A program made the position numbers and the translations under genes. The notes below the pieces were generated by a model. The model saw only the letters and a program-made list of their open reading frames with translations. It searched no databases and was not told where the DNA came from. A DNA stretch of 64,000 nucleotides from a virus, in IMG/VR virus record IMGVR_UViG_3300001683_000016, positions 32,001 to 96,000 of that record; one strand, written 5' to 3'. Shown piece after piece: positions 25,103 to 35,257 of this stretch (within the stretch, counting starts at the first letter, position 1; the number at the start of each line of letters is the position of its first letter).

Positions 25103-26076
25103 TATATATGGTAATGGGTATGAATCCTTTTAATAATTCGCAACAACCAAATCTTGGGCAAGTAAACGACGCTACATTAATGGCATTATCTCAACAAGGA
25201 AATCCGAATTTCTCTCATGCTGCCCTATTAGAACAAGCATCAGCACAACAGCAAATGCAAAGGATGGCAACAGAAAAAAATATAGAAGTACCTAAGGTAA
25301 ACTTTTATCCTTCTCGTCATGCTAATCCATATAAAGCAAGAAAACAAGATATTAATCAAGCATACAAACTCTTGGCTCCTACAAAACGTGCTTTTTTTGA
25401 CCCTAGGAGATTATTTCGCCATAGTAAATATATGTATAATAAAGATACTGCTGTGTGTTGTGTAGATGGTTGTAATGTAAAACAATTAATACAACACGAT
25501 AATCTGTATGCTAGAATAACTGATGAAGAAAGTGGTAGAACACTTTGGGATATGTATTGGCAGAATCCAGTTACTGGAGAGCCTGAAGCGTTTATTGCTA
25601 GAGAGGGCGTAACTAGCGGTCGTAAAATGAGGGCTACATATTGTCCTGAGCATTTACATTTGTATCATTTGTTATGTAGGTGGGAGGACCAACAAGATGT
25701 TGAAGATGAAATGAAACCTAGTCGCTTCCGTGATAAAATAAAAAGAGGAGTTAGTATAGTCACAGTACCGATATCCACTGTCACTGGTGTTGATACAGGA
25801 CCATCTCACCCCATGATTACAAAATACGAAAGTTTCTTTGCTGAAATATCAGCAGATGCTAGAGGTAGTAACGGTATTAGTATGCAACATTATACTAATC
25901 CGGTTACTGGAGATAACGATATAACAACTATAACATTTGATATGAGAATGTTCCAAAAAGAATTAATGGAAATGAATCAGCCAAATCCAGCGTTTCAGGA
26001 TATTCTAAACCAACAGGCTCAAGTTCTCGCCCCCGCTCCGACGATACCGGAAGCAGTAATGGAGGGTATGCAATGA
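25087..26076 (+). CDS. Hypothetical protein (CxxxxC...CxxH)
   Basis: ORF track; start probably MVMGMNPF (25108). Confidence 0.7.
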   Translation: MPTGVIYMVMGMNPFNNSQQPNLGQVNDATLMALSQQGNPNFSHAALLEQASAQQQMQRMATEKNIEVPKVNFYPSRHANPYKARKQDINQAYKLLAPTKRAFFDPRRLFRHSKYMYNKDTAVCCVDGCNVKQLIQHDNLYARITDEESGRTLWDMYWQNPVTGEPEAFIAREGVTSGRKMRATYCPEHLHLYHLLCRWEDQQDVEDEMKPSRFRDKIKRGVSIVTVPISTVTGVDTGPSHPMITKYESFFAEISADARGSNGISMQHYTNPVTGDNDITTITFDMRMFQKELMEMNQPNPAFQDILNQQAQVLAPAPTIPEAVMEGMQ

Positions 26077-26726
26077 CTATGGGATGGAACAATCAACAAC
26101 CTGCTTCTAATGCATTAAATCTTAGTCAAACGGGTGCACCGAGTATGCAATATGGTAGTCCACAACCTAATTATTTACCGCCACAACAAGGTTGGTATGG
26201 TCAACAACAACAACCTTCATTTTTTAATTCTATGTTTGCTGGTGCTACTGGACAAGACCCATATAATCAACAAGCGATATTACCTCCGAGTGAAACTGAG
26301 ATTTTGATGACTATGTTGAATACCTCTTATCCGGTAGAAAGATTTCTTCAAAGTTCAATCTTCCCTATGTTATTAGAGGTTATTAGTCAAATTACTACAT
26401 TTTCATTACTGAATGTAATTAAAAATGCAAGTTATAACTTTGATGAAGAGAATGGTGTTTTTACATTAGATACTGCTAGTTTACCAACTGAATTACAAAC
26501 TATGAGTTCAGAAAATATAATGTCACAAATGAACTCTATGACTAATATGATTAATCAAACAGTTTCAAATGCAGATACACAAAGACAGCAAACAATGCAA
26601 AATGCTCAACAAAGTATGTTACAAAGTCAATTGACTAATGCGCTTGCTGACCCCGGTATGTTAAATAATGTAGCACAAGGTAGTGGTACTTTCTTCCGTA
26701 ATTTTATAACTGGGGGTAGAACATAA
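26073..26726 (+). CDS. Gln/Asn/Met-rich hypothetical protein
   Basis: ORF track; coupled. Confidence 0.7.
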   Translation: MTMGWNNQQPASNALNLSQTGAPSMQYGSPQPNYLPPQQGWYGQQQQPSFFNSMFAGATGQDPYNQQAILPPSETEILMTMLNTSYPVERFLQSSIFPMLLEVISQITTFSLLNVIKNASYNFDEENGVFTLDTASLPTELQTMSSENIMSQMNSMTNMINQTVSNADTQRQQTMQNAQQSMLQSQLTNALADPGMLNNVAQGSGTFFRNFITGGRT

Positions 26727-26995
26727 TGTTAGGTAGTAATGGTTCTAGTAATTTTGGTATGCCTGTACCAAAACAATTAGCAGATATGTCAATACATATG
26801 CTTGCTCCAAAGAGAGAAGTAATTGTAGATATGGTGATGGTACAATTAATTAGCGCTATACTTATTTTTATGGGTATTCTAATATTCAAAAATAACGATA
26901 TTAACCAAGGGGAAATGTCTATGTATATGGTAGGAGTATTTTTATCCTTTATTCTCTTGACATCTATATATCAGCGAATAACGCGGTTTGTATAA
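26726..26995 (+). CDS. Small 2-TM membrane protein
   Basis: Two hydrophobic helices. Confidence 0.7.
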   Translation: MLGSNGSSNFGMPVPKQLADMSIHMLAPKREVIVDMVMVQLISAILIFMGILIFKNNDINQGEMSMYMVGVFLSFILLTSIYQRITRFV

Positions 26996-27013
26996 GCAAG
27001 GCTGATTAACCAT

Positions 27014-27715
27014 ATGGTATTCGGGTTATATATGGTTGAGCGAGAGCCAGTTATGAAACGTTCCTGTGCTTTCTGTCAAAATGATGACAGAAAGGGTTTG
27101 GAAGAGACCATAAAAAATGGTGAATTATCTTGTGCTCAATTGGATAAAGATATGAGTTGGAGGGCCAATACCGCCGACCGTCATTATCGTAATCACATGG
27201 GTCAATATCACATGGCTGCAAACCCGTCTTGCCTTATTTGTTCAAGTGAGAACAGAGCAGAGTATGAAAGTAGATTCTTCTCTGATGGCACAGAATCTGA
27301 ATTAATAGCAGAAGAATTAGAAATTAAAGAAACTACGGTATATCACCATATGAAACATCACTTTCAGCCACTGGTTCAACGCTCGGCAGTAACCGAGGTT
27401 GCAATTACAGTTGGGAATGAAATAACTGTATTACGAAATAATGTTGAGAAACTTAATACTAAATTAGCAGAATTATTAGATGAAGGTAGTGTACACGAAG
27501 AGGGCTTTGTGAGAAATGCAGTAACTTTACATAAAGAAGTTAGAGAGTCAATAAAAGATTTAACTGGCTTCCAAGATAAATGGGGTACTACAACAGACGG
27601 TACACAAGTGAATCAAACTATTAATATACTCAAAATAGAATTAGCAAAAGAAAGTCCCGATAGTTGGAAGAGAATCAAAAGTAAGTTACAAGCGGAAATG
27701 GAGGAAGTTATATGA
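27014..27715 (+). CDS. Tandem CxxC-HTH-HxxxH protein with coiled coil (candidate terminase small subunit)
   Basis: CAFC...HYRNH and CLIC...IAEELEIKETTVYHHMKHH, then helical region; upstream of TerL; TerS role is inferred. Confidence 0.5.
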   Translation: MVFGLYMVEREPVMKRSCAFCQNDDRKGLEETIKNGELSCAQLDKDMSWRANTADRHYRNHMGQYHMAANPSCLICSSENRAEYESRFFSDGTESELIAEELEIKETTVYHHMKHHFQPLVQRSAVTEVAITVGNEITVLRNNVEKLNTKLAELLDEGSVHEEGFVRNAVTLHKEVRESIKDLTGFQDKWGTTTDGTQVNQTINILKIELAKESPDSWKRIKSKLQAEMEEVI

Positions 27716-28116
27716 TACCTGTATCGGATTTAATGCAAGTTCAACATCCGGGTTATCGTACTTTTATACAATCTAATACTATGTCCGCTATGCATTATCC
27801 TTTATTTTTTGATTATTGTATATGTGTATCAGAAAGATTTAGACATTATGCATATCAAGAGGCTAATGTACTAATTAATGAAAATAGTCTTATGCATATA
27901 ATAGATTGCATAAAACAATTAGATGATACCGATGAGCCTGAAATAGTATTACCGTTGAGAGAACAGATAAGACATTCATGTTACGAGTTCTTAGAACATT
28001 GTAATGATATGTCTACTAAATTCAAAAGCCCAACCAGTATTTCTTTATTTTATAATGAGTTAGGACAACTCGTGATGCAGACCGCTTTTGAGTTTGCGGG
28101 GGTACAACATGAGTAA
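27712..28116 (+). CDS. Hypothetical protein
   Basis: ORF track; coupled. Confidence 0.7.
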   Translation: MIPVSDLMQVQHPGYRTFIQSNTMSAMHYPLFFDYCICVSERFRHYAYQEANVLINENSLMHIIDCIKQLDDTDEPEIVLPLREQIRHSCYEFLEHCNDMSTKFKSPTSISLFYNELGQLVMQTAFEFAGVQHE

Positions 28117-29509
28117 GCCAGTAAAGATTTTGAAGTCAGGTATGACTAGTACTGGTAGCGATACTCGTATGTATGGACCGAGAAGTGAATCCTCTCACAT
28201 GTTCCATGGTAATCACGAAGATGAAGGGGATGTTTACGGTGGAGAAGGGGGTGAATATCGTGATGCAAGAATTGACCGCAAAAAGAAAGAACGTAAAGAA
28301 AGAGAATCTGAAATGAAGAAGTTAAGACATATTTCAGTAACTACAGCAGATTTACCTCCTGAAGATGAGGAAGAAAAAGATAAAGACTTAGAACCGACAA
28401 AATTCGATAATGAACTTGAGCCTTCTTTAATGACCGGTACTCCGGGTAATTTTGGTGCTATGACTAGTATGGCTAATCAAGCAAGGGGGCCGGGTTTTGC
28501 CGGTGGGCATAATTTTGCTATGGGAGAACCAATGAATATAGCGTTCCAGTTATTGAAAGGCGGGAGAGCCGGTTTTATAGGTAAAAAACCAAAGAGGGCG
28601 AAGGGTGCTAAAGCAGCAAGAGCGCATAAAGAAAGGCAGAAGAAATGGAGGCCATCTACTGGTGAGTTCAAAAGGCCGCCGGGTGGTATGACACCGGCTA
28701 GTGCTACATCTAGAAGAGCAAAGGCAAGAATGCGAGGTATTGCCGGTAGCAAGAAAACAGGGTTAGGTAGAGCACATCTTGCTGTCGAAATGTCTCACAG
28801 AGGTGTAAAAACTAAACAGCCTATGTCGAAAGATGTAAAGAGATATAGACAATACCTAGGACAGTCTGAAGCAAGAAAGCGTTTAGGTAACATACGAACT
28901 ATTTCTTCTACACCTTCTAGATTTGGTGCACGTTCATACAAAGCGGGGTTAACTGGCGGTGGTACACTACAAAGTCTACTCCCCGGACAAGCCCAACAAA
29001 TGAGAAGACCATCACTTAGGTCAATTAGACCTCCACCGTTAATGCCACCTTCTGCACCTAGTAGAGCCACTTTACCTTCACCTTCCATACCGAGTCCTCC
29101 TGTAATGTCCCAACCAAGAATGGGAGTTGGGGTGCAAAGCATGTCCAACCAAAGTCCAACTTATAGACCTAAGTTACCTAGTTCTTCAATACAAGGTGCA
29201 CCTGTAATGACTGGTGAGATTGGAGAAGGTAGTGAACTACAAAAAAGGGGACTATCATACTATGACACCACAGAATTAAGACAATTACTCCTTGATGCTA
29301 AAAGAGCCTTGAACCGTAAAGAGAATAAGAAAAAGGGTAAAGGAGAGAGAAGTACAGATGCTGCTAGTCATTTACCCGCCCATACAGAAGCAGGCCCGAA
29401 ACAGACCACAAGACCTGAAGGCGCTACAGAAGATGCAAATAATGAGCCTCGCACATTTGGTATTAATCCTCTAGACCATCTTACAAGTAGAGGCGGTAGA
29501 ACACCTTGA
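28109..29509 (+). CDS. Disordered basic/Pro-rich protein carrying an internal GEPMNIAFQLLK tag (putative internal head protein)
   Basis: Start MSKPVKILK|SG; tag at 28523-28558, followed by an Arg/Lys-rich segment. Confidence 0.75.
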   Translation: MSKPVKILKSGMTSTGSDTRMYGPRSESSHMFHGNHEDEGDVYGGEGGEYRDARIDRKKKERKERESEMKKLRHISVTTADLPPEDEEEKDKDLEPTKFDNELEPSLMTGTPGNFGAMTSMANQARGPGFAGGHNFAMGEPMNIAFQLLKGGRAGFIGKKPKRAKGAKAARAHKERQKKWRPSTGEFKRPPGGMTPASATSRRAKARMRGIAGSKKTGLGRAHLAVEMSHRGVKTKQPMSKDVKRYRQYLGQSEARKRLGNIRTISSTPSRFGARSYKAGLTGGGTLQSLLPGQAQQMRRPSLRSIRPPPLMPPSAPSRATLPSPSIPSPPVMSQPRMGVGVQSMSNQSPTYRPKLPSSSIQGAPVMTGEIGEGSELQKRGLSYYDTTELRQLLLDAKRALNRKENKKKGKGERSTDAASHLPAHTEAGPKQTTRPEGATEDANNEPRTFGINPLDHLTSRGGRTP

Positions 29510-31923
29510 TTGACTCATTCATCATAATGAAATCTCTTTTACTTAGAAAGGGAGACGGTAATTACAACCTGTTTGCAGGCCAATTACAAGCCTTGAGATA
29601 CCCTCCACCTGATTCTCATAATCCTGACCCTGACGGAATGGATATTCCAGCATTCGCACACACCGGAGCACATGGTGAAAAAGAATCAGGTATTCCCGGC
29701 GTAGGTCAGGTATATCCCGGTCAATGGAAAAAAGGAATGCATGGAGAAAATGTCTACGGTGATGAATCGGGCGGAGAACACATGCATGGTATTGACGGCA
29801 TTATACGAGCAGTTGGTGATTCTCTTTTACAACACGGTATTAAAGTACCTGCTAAAGATGTAATACAAAAAGCCATAGACATGCATAATCAAGACCATAA
29901 AGAAAATAATCATTTACCAAATGTAGATGACGTTGCTTGGAGAAAAATATATTTATCGCCATTAACAGAACAAGACCATAGAGTTAGAGGTAACTATGAC
30001 CAAGATGGTAATTTAACAACAACATATACTAACAGGCATGGTGATGACCATAGAAATGGTACTTATTTAGAATCTTATGCAGTACCGTTCAATAATCAAC
30101 TTGGTCAAGTTATGGGTGAGTTAGGTCATCCTACACCCCAACAACATAGTTGGATAAAGAAACCTTACGTTAAACCACATAGATTACATTTAGTTCCTGA
30201 TGGAGAGGGCGGAATGGAATTTGGCGCACAAGCGGTTGACACAGGTAAAGTAACTGATGGGAGAATACAACCGAGTCAAGCAGCAAAATGGGGAGGTAGA
30301 ATGCCTGATAGTAGAGCCTTTCAAAATATATCATCTTGGGGTATTGCACATCATTACCCAAACACATATTACATTCCTCAAAGAGACGCAGCCCCCGGAC
30401 AAAAAAGCCAACCAAGAACACAAACAATTAATAGTTTTCTTCATCATATGGCTTTAACGACTGGGAAAGACAGAGATGGTATTCTGAGTAATCTGATAGT
30501 TGATAGTTCAGGTGCTATGAAACATTTAGCAAACATACCGGGAGAAATAAACGGTAAACCGATAAAAGCGTTATTACAAACCCCTGAAGGACAATTAGAG
30601 GCAGCAAAATATTTCTCTCAGTTTCCAGCATTTCAAGCAGTTTATGGAGAAAATAGAAATCCTAAATTTAATGAAGACGGTAGTGTGAAACAACCGGGTC
30701 AAACTGTTGGAAGAATGAATCATTTTTATGGTCAAAGATATGGTGATACAGCAGAAGAAGGAAAAGGATTCGACCACTTTATGAGCCATAGTAGTAAAAT
30801 TGGTGTTGAACACCAATTAACTGGTAAAATAGGCCATCATAATAGAGCAAAAGATGCTTGGAGTAATGTTGTGCTTGCAGCATCGCAAGGAATTAACCAC
30901 ATGGATGATGAAATATCTCCTGAGGATTTACAGGCCGCTAATATTAATTTGCACGATACTCCTGAAACTAGGGCTAATGCTCCAAATATAAAAGCAATAC
31001 TAGACCATTTGTTTCACACCCACACTATAGCAGGTGGACACGAAAGAAAAGAAATACCTACACAAGAAGAATTACAACAACTACAACCTATTGTAGATAA
31101 TATAATTCAAGGTGGAACACATGAAGATAGAACTCAACTTGGCGTACCTGACTATATTAGATATTCAGAGATGCCTAATTCTATGACACCTGTGGGTGCA
31201 TCTATGCAGCCTGAAGAAAGTTCGTTAAAACCTAGAGATGGAAACGCAAAGGGTCAAGGCGGTGCACCTCTTCCGATTACCGGCGGGGCGGCGACGGCTG
31301 CAACTAATGCCGCACCACCACCTCAAACTCCACCACCTCAAACTCCACCTCAACAAATTGGTGTTATGCAAGGCCAACCTGCTAATGCTCCAAATTATCC
31401 TCCCCAAATGACATATGATAGAGGTCAAAGATTATCACAACCTGAATCTATGAACTTAACGCCACAACAAAGACAAAGGTTACAATTTGCAAACGCTCCT
31501 CAAAATGAAGTAGCACAAACAATGAGACAATCGGGCGCTGCGCCACAGAGAGCACCTTTAACTCCTGATAGAATGCAACAATTTCAACAAAATGTAGGAG
31601 ACCCTTATCAGAGATTCATATCGCAATATGCTAAAAGTTCTGATAATCCTAATGCTGCTAAAGAAAGATTAATCAAAGCGGTTGAAATATTACAAATAGA
31701 AGATGCAAGAAATGATAATGAAATAATCAAACACATGCCTTCAACACAATTAAGTGTAAATTCAATTACAGATATTCTATATTTAGCGAAAATGTTAGAG
31801 ATTACATCTATGGATGTTAGTACAATCTTAAACACTAAAGGCGATTGGCAAAGAATATCCAAGACATACGGTTATTCAGATAGAGTAGTTAAAGTAGTCA
31901 AGGTTTCATTCGGAGGTATCTAA
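29506..31923 (+). CDS. Large His/Gln/Pro-rich protein (putative internal head protein)
   Basis: ORF track 805 aa; possible K-cleavage sites LLLRK|G, QYAK|S, RLIK|A. Confidence 0.7.
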   Translation: MIDSFIIMKSLLLRKGDGNYNLFAGQLQALRYPPPDSHNPDPDGMDIPAFAHTGAHGEKESGIPGVGQVYPGQWKKGMHGENVYGDESGGEHMHGIDGIIRAVGDSLLQHGIKVPAKDVIQKAIDMHNQDHKENNHLPNVDDVAWRKIYLSPLTEQDHRVRGNYDQDGNLTTTYTNRHGDDHRNGTYLESYAVPFNNQLGQVMGELGHPTPQQHSWIKKPYVKPHRLHLVPDGEGGMEFGAQAVDTGKVTDGRIQPSQAAKWGGRMPDSRAFQNISSWGIAHHYPNTYYIPQRDAAPGQKSQPRTQTINSFLHHMALTTGKDRDGILSNLIVDSSGAMKHLANIPGEINGKPIKALLQTPEGQLEAAKYFSQFPAFQAVYGENRNPKFNEDGSVKQPGQTVGRMNHFYGQRYGDTAEEGKGFDHFMSHSSKIGVEHQLTGKIGHHNRAKDAWSNVVLAASQGINHMDDEISPEDLQAANINLHDTPETRANAPNIKAILDHLFHTHTIAGGHERKEIPTQEELQQLQPIVDNIIQGGTHEDRTQLGVPDYIRYSEMPNSMTPVGASMQPEESSLKPRDGNAKGQGGAPLPITGGAATAATNAAPPPQTPPPQTPPQQIGVMQGQPANAPNYPPQMTYDRGQRLSQPESMNLTPQQRQRLQFANAPQNEVAQTMRQSGAAPQRAPLTPDRMQQFQQNVGDPYQRFISQYAKSSDNPNAAKERLIKAVEILQIEDARNDNEIIKHMPSTQLSVNSITDILYLAKMLEITSMDVSTILNTKGDWQRISKTYGYSDRVVKVVKVSFGGI

Positions 31924-32550
31924 ATGGGTAAGGTTTACGTTATTAGAAAAGAAGGTACACAACCGGGATTTACTAATTCAACTGCTGGTATAGTCGCAGG
32001 TGGGAATGGAGCGCAAGTTATGCTAACTCCGGGTGGCGGGAATCGCCCTGATGCAGCATCTTTTGGCCCTGCGCAATTTGACGATAAGAATGAACAAATA
32101 AGCGGTACAGGAGAATACGGTCCACAAGGTTCTTATCAAAACAGATTTGCACAATTTGGAGATAAATATGGTCGTTTGGCTAGATATGGTCTTGCTGGAG
32201 CAGGTGCTTTAAATTCATTTTACAATACTACGTCTAGTGGAGAACCGGGTGCTTTGAGTGCGGGTGCAATGGGTGGCTACACAGGATGGCTAGGTTCAGG
32301 AGGTACTGAAAGAGGCGCTGCAAACTTAGGAAGTCGATTCGGTGCACGTTTAGATAGAAGAAATACTACTGGTGAAATTAGTGAACAAGAGGAAGAAGGA
32401 GAAGAAGTCGGTCCTGATGGTAATAATCCAATAACGTCAGCATTGGATAGTTTACGGCCTAAGAAGGTCGTTGGACCTAAACAAACTACTCTAAATGATT
32501 TTGAAAATAATAATAATAAATATAACATGAATAATTTGCGTGGTTATTAA
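31924..32550 (+). CDS. Gly-rich putative ejection or pilot protein with C-terminal PIP-box-like motif
   Basis: MGKVYVIRK|EG; Gly-zipper helices; KQTTLNDF. Confidence 0.6.
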   Translation: MGKVYVIRKEGTQPGFTNSTAGIVAGGNGAQVMLTPGGGNRPDAASFGPAQFDDKNEQISGTGEYGPQGSYQNRFAQFGDKYGRLARYGLAGAGALNSFYNTTSSGEPGALSAGAMGGYTGWLGSGGTERGAANLGSRFGARLDRRNTTGEISEQEEEGEEVGPDGNNPITSALDSLRPKKVVGPKQTTLNDFENNNNKYNMNNLRGY

Positions 32551-32551
32551 A

Positions 32552-34033
32552 ATGTCAAAAAGCAAAGAAGAAATGGAAGCATTTATTCTTAATATTGACA
32601 CGGAGATGTCTAAGAAATCATTCAAGTATTTTTTTGTAGATATGCTAGGTTTCTTGTACAATCATCATCATGAGTCTTGGAAAGTAGGTTTAGAAGAATC
32701 ACAGTATTATTGCGTAAAGGCTTCACGCGACCATGGTAAATCTGTTTTCTTTATGATGTATGCTTTATGGTTAGCGGCATATAAACCTAATACTCACGTC
32801 ATGATATTCTCACATTCACTCGAACAGACACTTGAACACATGAGATTTGTACGTAATATAATAGAGGGTAGTGATTTATTGAGACATCTAAAACCACAGG
32901 GTAAACCTTGGGCTAAATCGTACTTCGAGTTTTCTAACGGTAGTCGTATGATGGCGAAGTCAGTTGGGGGTGCAACTCGTGGTTTCCACCCCGACATAGT
33001 AGTGTGTGATGATATTTTATGGGGTACTACCGCCAGTGAACTTGCTAAAACAGCAGATTGGTTCTATGGTGTTTTGTTACCTGTACTTCACCACAGCAGT
33101 AAACTGATGATGGTAGGTACTCCGTTTAGTTACAATGATTTGTATGCAGAATTAGAAGAGAAAGAAACATTTCGTGTTGAGACATATCCTGCGATAAATG
33201 AAGAGGGTGTTGCGCTATGGCCTGAGAGATGGGATTTAGGCGCACTAGAACATAGAAGAATGTCTATGCCCGCTATACAATTTTCACGTGAATATCTTTG
33301 TGAACCAATACATGACGTAGCCAGTATGTTTCCCGGCCCTATGTTAGAAAAATGTAGAGACCCGAAATTAGTTCTTTTAGATAGAGCAGAGACAAATTAC
33401 AATGAGGAAGGTGAAGCAGATGGTGTATTTGGTCAACACTTTATTGGACATGACCCCGCTATATCTTCTGACAAAAATGCTGATTTTACCGCTATGACTG
33501 TAATGAGACAAAAACCGGATGAAATAATAAAAGAAATTGTCCATGTTGTACATGAAAGAGGAATGTCGTCAATGGCTCAGAAAAGAATGATGGTGCTATT
33601 AAATAGTAAGTTTAGTCCTGATTTAATTGAACTTGAAGGAAATAACTTTCAAAGAATGTTAGAACAAGAAATGAGAGAATTGAGAGCAGATATGCCTATT
33701 CGAGTATTTATGACTACACGTACAAAGAAAGAATCTCTTTTCATGTCCTTACTTCTCGCATTTGAGCAAGGACATATAAAACTTCCATATGGTGATGAGA
33801 GGAGCAGGGCTTACACTCATAAAGTGGAACAAGAATTGAATAGATTCGGTATGCAGAAAAGTGGAAAGTTAGAAAGTGTGGGCGTTCATGACGATTTGGC
33901 TATGAGTCTTGCGCTTGCTAATTGGGCTTCTAAAGAGTTCAAAGGTAGCGTTACACTCTTAGATGATTATATGCCCGGATTTGATGAGTGGTTCGCAGGG
34001 GATAGCAAAACAGACTCTCTGATGATACCTTGA
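32552..34033 (+). CDS. terL: Terminase large subunit
   Basis: ASRDHGKS (Walker A), RGFHPDIVVCDD (Walker B), VGTP, LWPERW, GHDPA...DFTA, HDDLAMSLALA nuclease motifs. Confidence 0.95.
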   Translation: MSKSKEEMEAFILNIDTEMSKKSFKYFFVDMLGFLYNHHHESWKVGLEESQYYCVKASRDHGKSVFFMMYALWLAAYKPNTHVMIFSHSLEQTLEHMRFVRNIIEGSDLLRHLKPQGKPWAKSYFEFSNGSRMMAKSVGGATRGFHPDIVVCDDILWGTTASELAKTADWFYGVLLPVLHHSSKLMMVGTPFSYNDLYAELEEKETFRVETYPAINEEGVALWPERWDLGALEHRRMSMPAIQFSREYLCEPIHDVASMFPGPMLEKCRDPKLVLLDRAETNYNEEGEADGVFGQHFIGHDPAISSDKNADFTAMTVMRQKPDEIIKEIVHVVHERGMSSMAQKRMMVLLNSKFSPDLIELEGNNFQRMLEQEMRELRADMPIRVFMTTRTKKESLFMSLLLAFEQGHIKLPYGDERSRAYTHKVEQELNRFGMQKSGKLESVGVHDDLAMSLALANWASKEFKGSVTLLDDYMPGFDEWFAGDSKTDSLMIP

Positions 34034-34113
34034 GGTGATGAAGATGAAGATGAAGATGAATGGTACAATAATAGATAATGAGGATATAAATACTAGTACG
34101 TGGGTGTGATAAT

Positions 34114-35256
34114 TTGAATACTTTTTCTAAGAACAATGATGGTTGGTTTGAAGCCAATTTAGGTTATTCTGCATCTGATTTAGTATATCGTTTAAGGAAA
34201 GCGAGAAGAAGTAATAAAGATGAAAAAGAATTTATTGATAAAGCAATAGATGACATACGCACATTGAAGAGTATGGAATTGGATGCTACAATAGATGCTC
34301 ATGAATGGTGTGGTAAATATTCCGATGTGATTAAACAATTAGGAATGTCGGATGATAATATGAAAGCATTAAGAAAGTTTGGAGACTCACGTAGTGTTGG
34401 TTTACAAAGAGCATGTCATCAATGGGAAAAAGCAGATATTACTTTGAAAATGTTAGAAGAATATGAAGATGTGTGGGCTGATGAACAAAAAAAAGCATGG
34501 GTCGCTGCTATGGATGGCAAAAGAGATGCTAGAAAGATATGGAAGGCTACGTTACATCAAATGGATAGATTAACTGATAAAGAACGAGAGGCAATAAATA
34601 AAAGTTCTGAAATTCTATTACAAAAAGGTGCTATGAGTGGAAGAATTTTGTTTGCTAATTTACATGATAGAAATGTATTACATAAAAGTATGACATCAAT
34701 GAAATTAGCAAAGTTACTTAGTATGTATGGAGAAGAAGTAGATATTATTGCAGGTGCAACGAGAGGTACATTTGTAAAAATGAGTAGAACAGGATTAATC
34801 ATAAAAGACCCATGGGCTTACGCTGCTGGATTTTTAGACGCTGATGGTTACATAACTATTACTGGTAGGGGTGAACCTAGGGCGGGTTTTATAGCAACGG
34901 GTACTAGAGGTAAAGTACATTGTGAACAATTACAAAAAACATTAGATTGCGGTATTTTACAGTTAGACCAAAAAATTTACAAAGATGGTCAAAGAAGTCA
35001 ACATAGACTACAATTTTATTCTAAGGCTGATATAAGTAAATTATTGAAAGGAATATTACCTTTCTTAGAAATGAAGAAAACACAGGCTAAAGCAGTTCTT
35101 GCATATATTGAAGAAAACGACGGCTTAAAGAAAGAAGAACTAAAGAAAGTGGTAAGATACTACAATTGGAGCGATGACACCAATAAGTCGAATGCCCTCC
35201 TTTCGGAATGGGGAGTACAGGCTGACGATATAAATAAGTGGGCAGAGGCGATATAA
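34114..35256 (+). CDS. Protein with C-terminal LAGLIDADG endonuclease-like domain
   Basis: WAYAAGFLDADGYITI...LLKGILPFLEMKKTQAKAVL; about 220-aa helical N-terminal region. Confidence 0.8.
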   Translation: MNTFSKNNDGWFEANLGYSASDLVYRLRKARRSNKDEKEFIDKAIDDIRTLKSMELDATIDAHEWCGKYSDVIKQLGMSDDNMKALRKFGDSRSVGLQRACHQWEKADITLKMLEEYEDVWADEQKKAWVAAMDGKRDARKIWKATLHQMDRLTDKEREAINKSSEILLQKGAMSGRILFANLHDRNVLHKSMTSMKLAKLLSMYGEEVDIIAGATRGTFVKMSRTGLIIKDPWAYAAGFLDADGYITITGRGEPRAGFIATGTRGKVHCEQLQKTLDCGILQLDQKIYKDGQRSQHRLQFYSKADISKLLKGILPFLEMKKTQAKAVLAYIEENDGLKKEELKKVVRYYNWSDDTNKSNALLSEWGVQADDINKWAEAI

Positions 35257-35257
35257 T

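Noticed and set aside
34037-34060. (GATGAA)4 microsatellite or mini-ORF MKMKMKM after terL
   Set aside because: Too short to assign; could be slippage or a remnant acidic tail, with no further support.
34114-35256. Intein or intron in terL or portal
   Set aside because: TerL ends with a complete nuclease motif and a stop; the portal has its own start; no intein N-terminal C/S or terminal HN motifs.
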